From Nemertoderma westbladi (Eukaryota > Animalia > Xenacoelomorpha): a stretch of DNA of 52,087 nt. Below the pieces are notes generated by a model. It did no database searches and had not been told where the DNA came from. It saw only the letters and a list, made by a program, of their open reading frames with translations. The position numbers and the translations under genes were made by a program. Below are positions 42,201 to 51,826 of this stretch, in pieces (position 1 is the first letter of the stretch; every line of letters begins with the position of its first letter). The stretch lies in NCBI GenBank assembly GCA_032718475.1, contig JAUCBJ010009056.1:1-52087 (forward strand), written 5' to 3'.

Positions 42201-45200
42201 AGTTATCTGCATTGGGGCTGTAAGAAACTGAACTCGGTAAAATTGGATCAAAAGGTCGGACATGAAGAAGAATACAGTGAAATAAAATAAAAAACAAATT
42301 AAAATTATTTAAGTTCAGAGTATGTCTCAAAATAATAATAAAAATAAATTAGAAAAGAATAGAAAAAAAAAGTATAAAGAAATAAACAAAAAGTACTAAT
42401 GAATGGGGGAGATTCTTTTAGGCTCATTAAGCCGAGGACTATCTGTTCACCACCATATGGGTGATATTCCACAGTAAACCCTTCCACTCTGTTTCCCAAG
42501 TAGCCTTGGGTACTAATGAAAAAAAGCGATCCTGTCCATTGTGGGGGTGAGAGTAGTGATAGAATCTCATAGAGGCCGTCCGAAAGGGCGGGGGCCGATT
42601 TCCCAAGTATGGAGGCCGTCAGAAAGGGCGGGGCCCATTGTCCCAAGTATGGAGGCCGTCAGAAAGGGCGGGGTCTATTGTCCCAAGTATGGAGGCCGTC
42701 AGAAAGGGCGGGGTCCGTTGTCCCAAGTATGGAGGCCGTCAGAAAGGGCGTGCTCCATTGTCCCAAGTATGGAGGCAGTCAGAAAGGGCGGGGCCCGTTG
42801 TCCCAAGTATAGAGGCCGTCAGAAAGGGCGGGGTCCATTGTCCCAAGTATAGAGGCCGTCAGAAAGGGCGGGGTCTATTGTCCCAAGTATGGAGGCCGTC
42901 AGAAAGGGTGGGGTCCATTGTCCCAAGTATGGAGGCCGTCAGAAAGGGCGGGGTCCATTGTCCCAAGTATGGAGGCCGTCAGAAAGGGCGGGGTCCATTG
43001 TCCCAAGTATAGAGGCCGTCAGAAAGGGCGGGGTCCATTGTCCCAAGTATGGAGGCCGTCAGAAAGGGTGGGGTCCATTGTCCCAAGTATGGAGGCCGTC
43101 AGAAAGGGCGGGGTCCATTGTCCCAAGTATGGAGGCCGTCAGAAAGGGCGGGGTCCATTGTCCCAAGTATGGAGGCCGTCAGAAAGGGCGGGGCCCATTG
43201 TCCCAAGTATGGAGGCCGTCAGAAAGGGCGGGGTCCATTGTCCCAAGTATAGAGGCCGTCAGAAAGGGCGGGGTCCATTGTCCCAAGTATGGAGGCCGTC
43301 AGAAAGGGCGGGGTCCGATTTCCCAAGTATGGAGGCCGTCAGAAAGGGCGGGGCCCATTGTCCCAAGTATGGAGGCCGTCAGAAAGGGCGGGGTCTATTG
43401 TCCCAAGTATGGAGGCCGTCAGAAAGGGCGGGGTCCATTGTCCCAAGTATAGAGGCCGTCAGAAAGGGCGGGGTCCATTGTCCCAAGTATGGAGGCCGTC
43501 AGAAAGGGCGGGGTCCGATTTCCCAAGTATGGAGGCCGTCAGAAAGGGCGGGGCCCATTGTCCCAAGTATGGAGGCCGTCAGAAAGGGCGGGGTCTATTG
43601 TCCCAAGTATGGAGGCCGTCAGAAAGGGCGGGGTCCGTTGTCCCAAGTATGGAGGCCGTCAGAAAGGGCGGGGTCCATTGTCCCAAGTATGGAGGCCGTC
43701 TGAAAGGGCGGGGTCCGATTTCCCAAGTATGGAGGCCGTCAGAAAGGGCGGGGCCCATTGTCCCAAGTATGGAGGCCGTCAGAAAGGGCGGGGTCTATTG
43801 TCCCAAGTATGGAGGCCGTCAGAAAGGGCGGGGTCCGTTGTCCCAAGTATGGAGGCCGTCAGAAAGGGCGTGCTCCATTGTCCCAAGTATGGAGGCAGTC
43901 AGAAAGGGCGGGGCCCGTTGTCCCAAGTATAGAGGCCGTCAGAAAGGGCGGGGTCCATTGTCCCAAGTATGGAGGCCGTCAGAAAGGGCGGGGTCCATTG
44001 TCCCAAGTATGGAGGCCGTCAGAAAGGTCGGGGTCCATTGTCCCAAGTATGGAGGTCGTCAGAAAGGGTGGGTCCCGTTGTCCCAAGTATAGAGGCCGTC
44101 AGAAAGGGCGGGGTCCATTGTCCCAAGTATGGAGGTCGTCAGAAAGGGCGGGGTCAATTGTCCCAAGTATGGAGGCCGTCAGAAAGGGCGGGGTCCATTT
44201 TCCCAAGTATGGAGGTCGTCAGAAAGGGTGGGGCCCGTTGTCCCAAGTAGAGAGGCCGTCAGAAAGGGCGGGGTCCATTGTCCCAAGTATAGAGGCCGTC
44301 AGAAAGGGCGGGGGCCCTTGTCCCAAGTATGGAGGCCGTCAGAAAGGGCGGGGTCCATTGTCCCAAGTATGGAGGCCGTCAGAAAGGGCGGGGTCCATTG
44401 TCCCAAGTATAGAGGCCGTCAGAAAGGGCGGGGCCCATTGTCCCACGTATGGAGGCCGTCAGAAAGGGCGGGGTCCATTGTCCCAAGTATAGAGGCCGTC
44501 AGAAAGGGCGGGGTCTATTGTCCCAAGTATGGAGGCCGTCAGAAAGGGTGGGGTCCATTGTCCCAAGTATGGAGGCCGTCAGAAAGGGCGGGGTCCATTG
44601 TCCCAAGTATGGAGGCCGTCAGAAAGGGCGGGGTCCATTGTCCCAAGTATAGAGGCCGTCAGAAAGGGCGGGGTCCATTGTCCCAAGTATGGAGGCCGTC
44701 AGAAAGGGCGGGGTCCATTGTCCCAAGTATAGAGGCCGTCAGAAAGGGCGGGGTCCATTGTCCCAAGTATGGAGGCCGTCAGAAAGGGCGGGGTCCATTG
44801 TCCCAAGTATGGAGGCCCTCAGAAAGGGCGGGGTCCGTTGTCCCAAGTATGGAGGCCGTCAGAAATGGCGGGGCCCGTTGTCCCAAGTATGGAGGTCGTC
44901 AGAAAGGGCGGGGTCCATTGTCATGGAGGCCGTGCTGCCGGTCCAACAAACTTACCAAGGTTAGAAAGTTCCCGAGGTAATACAATCTTATGGTCGTAAT
45001 CAGATACTGTAGGTTCAGCTTCGTATTTCAAGTAAACGGAGTAATATTCGCTGGAAATAATATCTTGTGGAAGTATTTCAACAGTAATAGCCGCATCTCC
45101 TTGCATAGTTACACTGAAATATAATAGGTCATTAATCATATTCTTTATATTATTTGTGTGGGTAAATAATATGTAATATAATAATAATAATAAAATATTA

Positions 45201-48200
45201 TATATTATATATAATAATATAATATAATAATAATAATATGATATGAATGGCCTACAACATATTGGCTCGTTGTCACCAAATACCATTTAGCTGTAAGTTG
45301 ATGGATGAAGTTCGTAAGGAACAACAGCAGAACTTCATCAGCAAGAAGACCACAGAGAAGACATTGTCTCAGTTGAAGGTGGATCGTGTGGTTGAGAGCC
45401 TCCCCCAAGATCGCCTGAAACTGGTCGAGCTGACTTCAGAGAAGGGAGCATCCACTTGGTTAAGTACCTCTCCAACCACTCGACCCATCTCACAAAGGAA
45501 GAGTTCAGAGATACTCTTTGCCTTCGCTGTAGTTGGCTACCTAAGCTCACCACTGCTCGTTGTGCCTGTGGGACACGATTCTCTGTCAACATATTTTATC
45601 GTGTCCTACAGGTAGATAGATACCCTTCTATCCGCCACAACGAGATCCGTGACTTTATCGCTAACTCACTTACAAAAGTGGCCAACAGCTTCTCTATAGA
45701 ACCTATTCTTCAGCCACTGACTGTCGAACAGTTTGATCGAGTGTCAACATCCACTGACGAACAAGACCGTTTAGACATATCTGCTTCTGGATTCTGGGCC
45801 TCCCGCTATCAGAAATGTTTCATTCAGATCTCGTATGCTGCTACCATCAACTGGGTGCGGAGGAAAATATGCTGTGCTTTGCTTCGTGCGAGCCTTACGT
45901 GTATACGGGGGTCAAGGTCATCCGGTAGTCACCCAGTGCGACATTCTATAGAGGAGACTTCTATCCAATTATCCAATGCGGATACAATGCTGCAGACTTA
46001 ACTTTAGATTTTGTATTGAATTGTTTTACAATCGCTCCGTTTTTCATTTTCAACTCTAGGTATGTTCGTCTGTGCTGCAATCTTATCCTTTTTAATTTTA
46101 TTACTAAATATATTTTAAGAAGAGTGCTCATATATTTATTACTAAATATATTTTAAGAAGAGTGCTCATATATTTATTACTAAATATATTTTAAGAAGAG
46201 TGCTCATATATTTTTAATCATTCAGTGTTAATTGATAATTTGTATTTTTGTGTACTTGAAGGGCTAGTATATGTTATTCATTTAAACTTTTACAGTATTT
46301 TTGTTTTCAGTTTATCTATTATATCATTATTTAACTGGTATTTTACAATTGTTGCATAATTTTATTATACCGGTAATTAAAAGTTTTACGATCTATAATT
46401 CAGTCTCAGTGTATTCTTACCCCCATGATATTTTAAATTTCAATATAATTTAAATTCGATTTAGCTGTAAATTCCACTGAAAAATTAAAAGGAAATAAAA
46501 GGATTTTTATTATGTTCTAATAATACCAATTAATTGGTTTTAATTAAATATATTTAGGTCTCAATAAATACTAACTTATACTTAATGAATTGGTGTTCTT
46601 TCCCTTTAGGGATATCTGGCACCATAAATGTGTGAATTATTTTATCTTTATCTTTCCTCGGTATGTGAATGTCTATCAGTTTCCTAGCAGCGACAACATC
46701 CATATGACCTAAAACGAGTAATTAGTTAAACACAGTAAAAATGAATATCCAATACAGATTTCAAAAGAAACAATAAATGGTGAAATTACTCAACCGGCTA
46801 TCTGATATGTGATTAATGGTGTTAATTATATGAACTAGTAATTGTTATTATTAGTATAAACTTAATAGCTGTAGTAAATAGCTAAACATTTAGGTTAATA
46901 GAATAATAGATTAATAGGTTAACAGGTTAATAGGTTAACACATCCATCTGTTATGTATGACCAGGTAGATTAACCTTCAGGTCCTCTAAAGTTAACTGTG
47001 ATTGACGATGAAGTTTGGTTGAAGAGTTTACTGCTCCCATCAAGATGAAAGAATGGATTGTTCGGTAGAACATATATCTGAATTTCTACTGTTTTATTCT
47101 TTTCTAACTTCACACCTAAAATAAAAATAAAATCAATATGCAATAAAATAATAGTCAAAATGTATAAAAAAGGAAAAATAATTAAATATGTAACAAAACA
47201 ATATTGTTTAAAAAATGCCGCTTTAAATTAATGTGGAAAGTTACACAAAATATATAATTATTTTTACCATAATTATTATAAAATAATACCATAATTATTA
47301 TAAAATAATCAGAAGGATTAATTTATGTGCCAGAAGAATTTACATACATACAGTACACACAGACATAGGCCTCACTGACACCACTACGGTACATTACCGT
47401 TTATCGACCGTCCCTAAGAAACTCTACACCTCCACAGTTCGCGCTCACCAATGCAAATCCCAACTCGTCTGCGTTATCAAGACTAAATAGTGTCTATTAG
47501 GAATTCGGAATGCCCATTGCCCAGTCTAGTCAAGATAATGCAAATTCTCCTCAATTATAAGATTGTAGTGGCCGGTATGACTCGACTGTTGTGTCTGCAG
47601 GGTGCTGCTGGGTAACAAGCTGTTACTATCGAGACTGTACAATGCCTCACTGGTCAAGAAATAATAATTATGATATTGTGATAAATTGTGTATATTGCTG
47701 GTACTGTTACCGGGTGTAAACCTCAAAATCTGCGAGTCAGCAAATCAATAGTCTCTGATCTTAAGTTCCTGATTTGTTCCGAAGATTGTTGATAAGATCC
47801 GAATTGCAACTTTTCGCACGAACGTATCTTTTTTGCCAAATCGCAACTTTTTCCGAACTACGACACAATCATTACGTATACCAGAAACTAGACAGACAGC
47901 CTAAATAGACAAAAATCGATTAGAACTTTATTAGATTTTTTTTCAACCAACCCAAGTCATCAAAGGCCGGTATTTGAACCCTAGCCTCCCCGTCCATGTC
48001 TCCGGCTTTCAAGGAGACATCGCTGGCCTTCAATTGGCTGGATTTTTCTTTCATTAACACCATGTCCACATTATGTGAGGTGTACCGTGATGGCTGCTCA
48101 CCACACGCCTGTAAGAAAGAAAATCAATTGAATAATTTAAATTATTTACTATTTATAATAAAAGTTATTAAATCATATAATTTGGTGTGGAAATAAAACA

Positions 48201-48772
48201 ATCACCTGTGTGCAATTGCTTTATTTTCGGAATCCCAGTATTGATGAATTCAAGGTTCAAAAAATACACACATATTTCCGTAGGTTTCTGATGCTGATTG
48301 GTTTTTGCAGACAATTGTTAAAAAAAGACCCAAAATCGTTACCTCCTTAAATATTTCGTTCAAATTAGCTTGTTTATTATAAGCAAGAGCACAAAAACAT
48401 CTGCACTCTATAAATTTACAGATAAATAATTCATAATAATTTAGTATAAACGGTATGTATAAGCTGGTAGATCAGCAACCATATGTCTGGTTGCATCCAA
48501 GTGATTAAATATATAAGATTAATAATATTTAATACCTTTTAGAATTCCCACTCTATCTTATCACAATTAATTATTATAACGAATAAATTTCAAACCTTGT
48601 TGGCATTGATGGATATCGCGATATCCCTAAGACTTTTCTGCAGAGGTTTTGATATTTTCTCTGATATTAATTCCGCGTTCGCCATCGACATGTTTTGATT
48701 GGCGGCTTTTCGTTCTTCCGACGTATACTCACACCAGGGTTTAGTTAACGGCGAAACCTCACTCAAACGCTC
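6213..48772 (-). CDS. Polycystin-1-like (PKD1L2/PKD1L3/PKDREJ family) gene, partial; span of 19 assembled exons
   Basis: Manually spliced exons have GT-AG ends and matching phases (the GPS exon's length cannot be checked because of the gap). Domain order fits PKD1-like proteins: GAIN-like segments (GIYYIGI), GPS (C..F....WMSKGCV..CLCTHL/STF), TM1, PLAT (YYEIAVQTG..AGTKS; IWHDNSG..SWYL; FICNRWLA), HIYLSVF.RP..SPFTRVQRLTCC, LPYWC.YIGW, and GMPMVRQIRVKP. Confidence 0.93.
7197..7374 (-). CDS. Polycystin-1-like exon, polycystin/TOP domain (AFTYEGWFYWMRNRLIPGLY...GMPMVRQIRVKP)
   Basis: ctttag acceptor, G|gtacgt donor, phase 0-1; G.PR.RQ.RV-like motif. Confidence 0.92.
7655..9090 (-). mobile_element. 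Degenerate RTE-like non-LTR retrotransposon, 5'-truncated
   Basis: RT motifs QNGFRPSRST, FKKAFDSIHR, GVLQGDTLAPLLF and DTDFADDI (~8100-8135); C-terminal RRLRFSGHCWR..LLLW..RGRP; frameshifted. Confidence 0.9.
9107..9940 (-). mobile_element. Second RTE-like LINE 3' fragment
   Basis: DFADDLGVL (~9910-9935), DFCYLGSW, RLRFAGHCFR; (TAG)n tail at ~9107-9118. Confidence 0.88.
10004..10248 (-). CDS. Polycystin-1-like exon, TM6 (ENILQREV...IWELIIYITFCMFLFLIC...TTFEH)
   Basis: ttgcag acceptor, CAT|gtacgt donor, phase 1-0. Confidence 0.88.
11436..11459. repeat. Poly-C/poly-G tract (~24 nt)
   Basis: Homopolymer run in an AT-rich intron. Confidence 0.9.
11614..11728 (-). CDS. Polycystin-1-like exon (VICIAVLMALLCKPK...YLHSF)
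   Basis: taatag acceptor, G|gttagt donor, phase 0-1. Confidence 0.85.
12222..12334 (-). CDS. Polycystin-1-like exon (LPRKPWDK...SFLSSVFLLQPLK)
   Basis: ccatag acceptor, AAG|gtaaat donor, phase 1-0; S...SVF..QPLK motif. Confidence 0.9.
13068..13206 (-). CDS. Polycystin-1-like exon, TM4 (MNSEPKKRR...LPYWCSYIGWILT...YSANFA)
   Basis: ttacag acceptor, G|gtaact donor, phase 0-1; LP.WC.YI.W motif. Confidence 0.92.
14350..14533 (-). mobile_element. tRNA-derived SINE
   Basis: Head GGCGGGGTAGCTCAGTTGGTTGAGC...GGTTCGAGCCC (A and B boxes), followed by GGGTCGATAAAATGAGTACCAG, which resembles conserved metazoan SINE central domains. Confidence 0.75.
14630..14767 (-). CDS. Polycystin-1-like exon, TM3 (FGIGLMSALMVFPLTAFIVLFFRYSK...KQDD)
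   Basis: ttttcag acceptor, GAC|gtgagt donor; IG..S.L.VFP....V..FR motif. Confidence 0.92.
15066..15135 (-). mobile_element. Inverted degenerate copy of the same tRNA-like element
   Basis: Reverse complement matches 15218-15291 (tacctgaacgtttatc; cgctggtggcgaa). Confidence 0.65.
15218..15289 (+). mobile_element. tRNA-like SINE head or pseudo-tRNA
   Basis: GCCACTG/TGGTGGC acceptor stem, TGGTGTAGTGG A box, GGTTCGATCC B box; anticodon arm does not pair well. Confidence 0.65.
15426..15975 (+). mobile_element. CRE-like (restriction-like endonuclease) non-LTR retrotransposon 3' fragment
   Basis: SGDWL..P..LG, degenerate CCHC knuckle (C....CDSLGLHSLVC), ARH, KRPE..LVPWASGK; frameshifted. Confidence 0.7.
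16387..16518 (-). CDS. Polycystin-1-like exon, TM2 (RLTCCLAFVILEF...LGPIPIPIQQ)
   Basis: ttacag acceptor, CAG|gtaaat donor; completes FTRVQR-LTCC. Confidence 0.92.
16646..17045 (-). repeat. 43/42-bp tandem array derived from the FTRVQ exon end plus donor (~10 units)
   Basis: Two units read CCAATCACAAGTCCATTTACTCGCGTTCAG|GTAAGAAAGAT, followed by diverged units CCAATCACAAGTTACTCGTGTACAGTTAATTAAGAAGGTTGA. Confidence 0.93.
17015..17164 (-). CDS. Polycystin-1-like exon (ISRRLAVASS...HIYLSVFLRPITSPFTRVQ)
   Basis: ttttag acceptor, CAG|gtaaga donor; conserved polycystin-1 FTRVQR motif. Confidence 0.95.
17729..17894 (-). CDS. Polycystin-1-like exon, PLAT C-half (HLGPLKALNIWHDNSG...FICNRWLAFDRDDCE)
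   Basis: tttcag acceptor, GAG|gtatga donor, phase 2-0; canonical PLAT motifs. Confidence 0.95.
18573..18637. repeat. 22-bp tandem repeat x3
   Basis: catgggtaccaaggtacgttgt. Confidence 0.9.
18675..19045. repeat. 75-bp tandem repeat x5
   Basis: gctaaaactcgactattagtaagac at 18675, 18750, 18825, 18900 and 18975. Confidence 0.95.
19061..19278 (-). CDS. Polycystin-1-like exon, PLAT N-half (IGVCPLADND...YYEIAVQTG...FLLGTK)
   Basis: atacag acceptor, CA|gtgagt donor, phase 0-2; PLAT motif. Confidence 0.93.
19546..19616 (-). repeat. 32-bp tandem duplication of the TM1 exon end plus donor
   Basis: GACAAAGAACTG|GTTAGTTCGGATCCCTTAGG x2, then a partial GACAAAG. Confidence 0.95.
19605..19826 (-). CDS. 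Polycystin-1-like exon, GPS cleavage site and TM1 (VGSHTNTDVSECLCTHLSTF...LLIWARRKDIRDKEL)
   Basis: ttttag acceptor, CTG|gttagt donor; CxCxHL/S cleavage consensus; WARRKD..D after the TM helix. Confidence 0.93.
20465..20652. mobile_element. Imperfect inverted repeat, MITE-like
   Basis: ataacggatgtgtgatgataaaacaacgagat pairs with atctcgttgttatttcaacacccatccgttat; the inner arms also pair. Confidence 0.6.
20816..36195 (-). repeat. 33-bp satellite, ~466 units, made of the GPS exon end plus GTAAGT donor
   Basis: Minus-strand unit AATGAATGGATGTCCAAGGGATGCGTG|GTAAGT; ends at the gap. Confidence 0.98.
36176..36358 (-). CDS. Polycystin-1-like exon, first half of GPS (VFMSNLTIAIYTTLCQSFNDD-[gap]-WMSKGCV)
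   Basis: tttttctag acceptor, interrupted by the N gap, then GG ATG TCC AAG GGA TGC GTG|gtaagt. Joins in phase 0 to VGSHTNTDVSECLCTHLSTF. The true donor is ambiguous because it is tandemly repeated. Confidence 0.85.
36196..36295. other. Assembly gap (100 N)
   Basis: N run. Confidence 1.
36391..41197 (-). repeat. 41-bp satellite, ~117 units with 37-bp variants, made of the exon end plus GTTAGT donor
   Basis: Minus-strand unit TTCATAGAGGATAAG|GTTAGTCAATCTGTCTCAATGGATCA. Confidence 0.98.
41183..41340 (-). CDS. Polycystin-1-like exon (SSRHPGEF...GIYYIGIKP...FIEDK)
   Basis: aatcacag acceptor, AAG|gttagt donor, phase 1-0; G.YYIGI motif. Confidence 0.87.
41400..42005 (+). mobile_element. LINE reverse-transcriptase C-terminal fragment with an internal 42-bp triplication
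   Basis: YKGQPIEWVNSLFT x3, then FNYLGVVLS and ILPAVTYGCPIF, resembling the LINE IE.V..F.YLG thumb region. Confidence 0.6.
42570..44932. repeat. 40-bp GC-rich satellite, ~59 units
   Basis: tcccaagtatggaggccgtcagaaagggcggggtccattg. Confidence 0.98.
44956..45113 (-). CDS. Polycystin-1-like exon (VTMQGDAAITVEI...YLKYEAEPTVSDYD...LSNL)
   Basis: atttcag acceptor, G|gtaagt donor, phase 2-1; YL.Y...PT...YD motif. Confidence 0.85.
45245..46001 (+). mobile_element. CRE-like (RLE) non-LTR retrotransposon 3' fragment, second family
   Basis: EKGASTWL, EFRDTLCLR, CACG, IRHNEIRD, IEP.LQPL, RLDISASGFW; frameshifted and internally deleted. Confidence 0.75.
46098..46212. repeat. 37-bp tandem repeat x3
   Basis: ttattactaaatatattttaagaagagtgctcatata. 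Confidence 0.9.
46576..46708 (-). CDS. Polycystin-1-like exon (HMDVVAARKLIDIHIPR...FIKYN)
   Basis: ttttag acceptor, AA|gttagt donor, phase 1-2; I.I.IPR motif. Confidence 0.8.
46975..47115 (-). CDS. Polycystin-1-like exon (VKLEKNKTVEIQIYVLPNNPF...GPEG)
   Basis: ttttag acceptor, G|gttaat donor, phase 1-1; NPF motif is typical of the PKD1L GAIN region. Confidence 0.8.
47952..48108 (-). CDS. Polycystin-1-like exon (ACGEQPSRY...PAFDDLG)
   Basis: ttcttacag acceptor, G|gttggt donor, open frame, phase 0-1. Confidence 0.75.
48596..48772 (-). CDS. Polycystin-1-like exon (ERLSEVSP...ISINANK)
   Basis: tgcgtcag acceptor, AAG|gtttga donor, 177 nt, phase 0-0, matching the next exon. Confidence 0.7.
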
Positions 48773-49012
48773 CTGACGCAGAATAAAATAAAGAATTAGC
48801 AAGTTGTTAGTAAACATTAGGATGGAGAAATCGGAAAAATTTAATAGTAATTGAGAAATTTAAGAACGTATAAAAATACCGTATACACCTATATAATACA
48901 CTTTATATAAAACATAATTATAATATTTAGAAATACTGTTTTTGACAGAAATACTGTCACTTTTGGTACATTTACTAGACTTAAGTTTAGTTTAGGAGCA
49001 AAATGTTATTTC

Positions 49013-49235
49013 TTGTCATATGTTGTCTCCAGCTGATGTTTAGGGCTTAGTAGTCTTGTGTAGCAACCATCATTTCGTTGTTCAAGTGATTTCGTCAGTA
49101 TCCAGGTCTCACACCCACTATTAAAATATACTTTCCACTGTGGCTCGAAAGAACTTAGTCTTCAGGTGCCTTGAGAGATCTGATTTCCAGATGGTATCCA
49201 TATTTTGATAGAGCTATCCACACAAGGCAAATACC
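49013..49235 (-). mobile_element. RTE-like LINE fragment, same family as 7655-9090
   Basis: tgttgtctccagctgat, tgtgtagcaaccatca, ttcaagtgatttcgt and tgtggctcgaaagaacttagtc are shared with ~7955-8070. Confidence 0.8.
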
Positions 49236-50390
49236 GCGCTTTATGGTACTACTAGAAACCCAAGCGCGCTTAGGCGCGCCTGGGAGCCAACTAACAATAT
49301 AATAAATAATATGTTCACAGTAAATTATAAAAAGGCAATTTTTTAAGCGCTCAGGCTCACCCTCCTAGAAAATTCCAAGCGACCTTTCCTCCAAGTAAGT
49401 CAGACCACATAGAATGTAAATGTAGAATTTCGCAACGTTGTACCTTAAATCTATAAAATTGAAACACAATAACCTGGTATATGGGTAAAAAAATATTGTG
49501 TTTGACGTATGAAATATGTAAGTATGTAAATATGTAAAATATGTATGTAATCGATCTGTTCGTCTCCAAGTTCATTACACGCACACATTGATTCTGGGTT
49601 ACAACTAATAAGCAATCAATGACAAGTTCACGTTGATTTTATTGATAACTAGCTGGCAATTCCCAAGGCGGGGGTTACCCGGTAGACATTAGAGATAATT
49701 TTACTTTTATAGGTACAGCAATGAAGTTCATTACTCATATAGTCTCCTTAAACCTTTATAGCGCACACCAACGTCTAATAATTGACTGAAGTGTGTTCGA
49801 GTGCAATGGATATTGAGCTCAACATGTTAAGATACTACATAATTCTTAATTATCTCGAGAATTAATTAATTAATTAACGCGTAACTTTCCTATTCCATGG
49901 CTGACACACAAACCATTTGTATTTATAAGAAGAAGAAGGGTAGTATTATGTTATTTCTTACTATAATGTTTGCCTGAAGTGAACAATGACGAATTTGTAC
50001 CAATTGGCATGGTTAACTTGTTATAAATTGCTAAACATAATTGTTTTAATAACAAATATTTTTTATTACTATTACTTTATGGCACTACAATGTAATTCAA
50101 CATCAAACATCAAGGAAAATGTTAAACAAAGATATAACTATATATACATGTATACAGTAACATAAATTATATGTTTCGAAAAAGCTGTGTTGTTATTCCC
50201 TCTGCAGTTTAACTACAGACATTTTAATGCAAGGTACACCTTGACTTAATATTACTATTATATATATTTTTAATCAACTCAGCAATATTTTATACATTAT
50301 AAAATCGCAATTTAGCTACAGTTGACATAGTTTTTTTTTACATATTCACATATTCATTTATGAAAAGACCCAATATTTTCTATAAATGAA

Positions 50391-51611
50391 CTAATTTTTA
50401 CTTTTTCCACCGCATTTAAATATATTAGAATTAACGGCTTTCCGAAAACTCCCCACAAAAATGTACATAACATAAAAATTTATACCATAAACGACAGAAC
50501 CCAAGGTTGAAATGTAAGCAAAATATGACGCGTAATGCCTCAATAACAATAAATTAGAATATTCTGCCACAAGTGACGTCAGGGGATCTATTGTGTTTTC
50601 CAATGAATTTTGAAACGCCCAAAGTATATTCCAAATGACACTTAAAAAATCCTTAGCACTATTTAGACTCGCTGTTATGAACATCATTTTTACAGCTCCA
50701 ACCATTTTAGCTGTTGATGGGGAATTCGGGTTTGATTTTACGAGCTTCTTTAACTTATATATCAAAAGACCGTTAATAACACAAACTGAAAGAACTTGTA
50801 CACCAAGTCTTATAGGAGTGTAAAATACCAGAAATGAGATGAATTCAGATATACGTACATTATGGGCCCTGTAATAAGCTTCTAGAACCAAAAATTGTAT
50901 TTTACCATCAACATATTTGATTTCGGCAACATTTCTAATAAGTGTTGGCCAGAACAGTAAAACTGTTGATATAATTGTTATCAATAAAACTATGTAAATC
51001 ATGTTTTTATTCTTCAATTTCGTATCTTTATACCAAACAGGGAAATAAAGAGCAGATAACCTTTCTACACCCATGATTAATGTTAGAGTTTCATCTACAT
51101 GTTGAAAAAACCACGCCATAACAGGCCAGAGTAATTCAAATAACCAGTAGGCTACATTTTTGCAATCTAAAATATAATACAATCTGTCATTATGGTTTTG
51201 TTCGCTGTAACCCTTAAACCACCACCCAAAATTTCGGCCAAGCAAAAAAAATTGACCAATTGATATTATAATATCAAGAACTGTTTTATATAATAACATT
51301 CTGTAAAACAGACTGTTGAATGATGGTTCGCGTATTATTGTTATTATAGTCATGGTATTTCCCAACAGGCCCAATATATTGTAAGTTGAAATGTATGGTG
51401 TTAGTATATATTGAAAAATAGTTTCAGCTTTAATGTAATTGACATATACAACATCATATAAATATTCCCAATCAGACTGAAGGATATTGATGTAATATGA
51501 GTGGTATAGATTAGAGATGGTTGTGTTAGCAACCGCGTCAGAAGCAGAGGCATACATTAATATTATTGCGCAAAATATGTACAACTTTATGTGAAGTATT
51601 GTTGAAAACAT
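50391..51611 (-). CDS. Intronless class A (rhodopsin-like) GPCR, orphan peptide-receptor-like
   Basis: About 406 aa from the ATG at 51611 (the track start at 51623 is TTG). Has TM1 GN, TM2 LD, ERL in the DRY position (MGVERLSALYFP), TM7 INFYVMY...FRK and a hydrophobic N-terminal leader. Confidence 0.9.
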   Translation of the reverse strand: MFSTILHIKLYIFCAIILMYASASDAVANTTISNLYHSYYINILQSDWEYLYDVVYVNYIKAETIFQYILTPYISTYNILGLLGNTMTIITIIREPSFNSLFYRMLLYKTVLDIIISIGQFFLLGRNFGWWFKGYSEQNHNDRLYYILDCKNVAYWLFELLWPVMAWFFQHVDETLTLIMGVERLSALYFPVWYKDTKLKNKNMIYIVLLITIISTVLLFWPTLIRNVAEIKYVDGKIQFLVLEAYYRAHNVRISEFISFLVFYTPIRLGVQVLSVCVINGLLIYKLKKLVKSNPNSPSTAKMVGAVKMMFITASLNSAKDFLSVIWNILWAFQNSLENTIDPLTSLVAEYSNLLLLRHYASYFAYISTLGSVVYGINFYVMYIFVGSFRKAVNSNIFKCGGKSKN

Positions 51612-51765
51612 GTTGATTTCCAAAACTAAAACATAAATAGAAATAAAGTTGTTGAATAGCGAAGTTTACGCGGCGTTTACTAATTTAACTTATCAACATT
51701 TTAGTTGAATTCGGATAGTTTTTTTTTTTAAATCGTCCTTATATAGGTCACGCTCCCCATTCCTC

Positions 51766-51826
51766 ATTGGCTAAAACAAAAGAACAACCAGCTGAAAAAC
51801 AAGATTGAATTGATTCCTGATTGGCT
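51766..51826 (-). promoter_or_regulatory. Two CCAAT-box-like motifs upstream of the GPCR
   Basis: ATTGGCT occurs twice, about 155 and 210 nt upstream of the GPCR ATG. Confidence 0.3.

Noticed and set aside
20816-44932. CRISPR array interpretation of the 33-41 bp repeats
   Set aside because: The units are head-to-tail with no unique spacers, there are no cas genes, and the context is a eukaryotic intron.
42541-44999. Overlapping ORFs (MEAVRKGGVHCPKYGGRQ...)
   Set aside because: These are translations of the 40-bp satellite in rotating frames.
49361-49450. Candidate further upstream polycystin exon (tttatag acceptor, gtgagc donor)
   Set aside because: The only stop-free frame ends in phase 2, but the next exon needs phase 0; the other two frames contain stops. 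Unresolved without cDNA.
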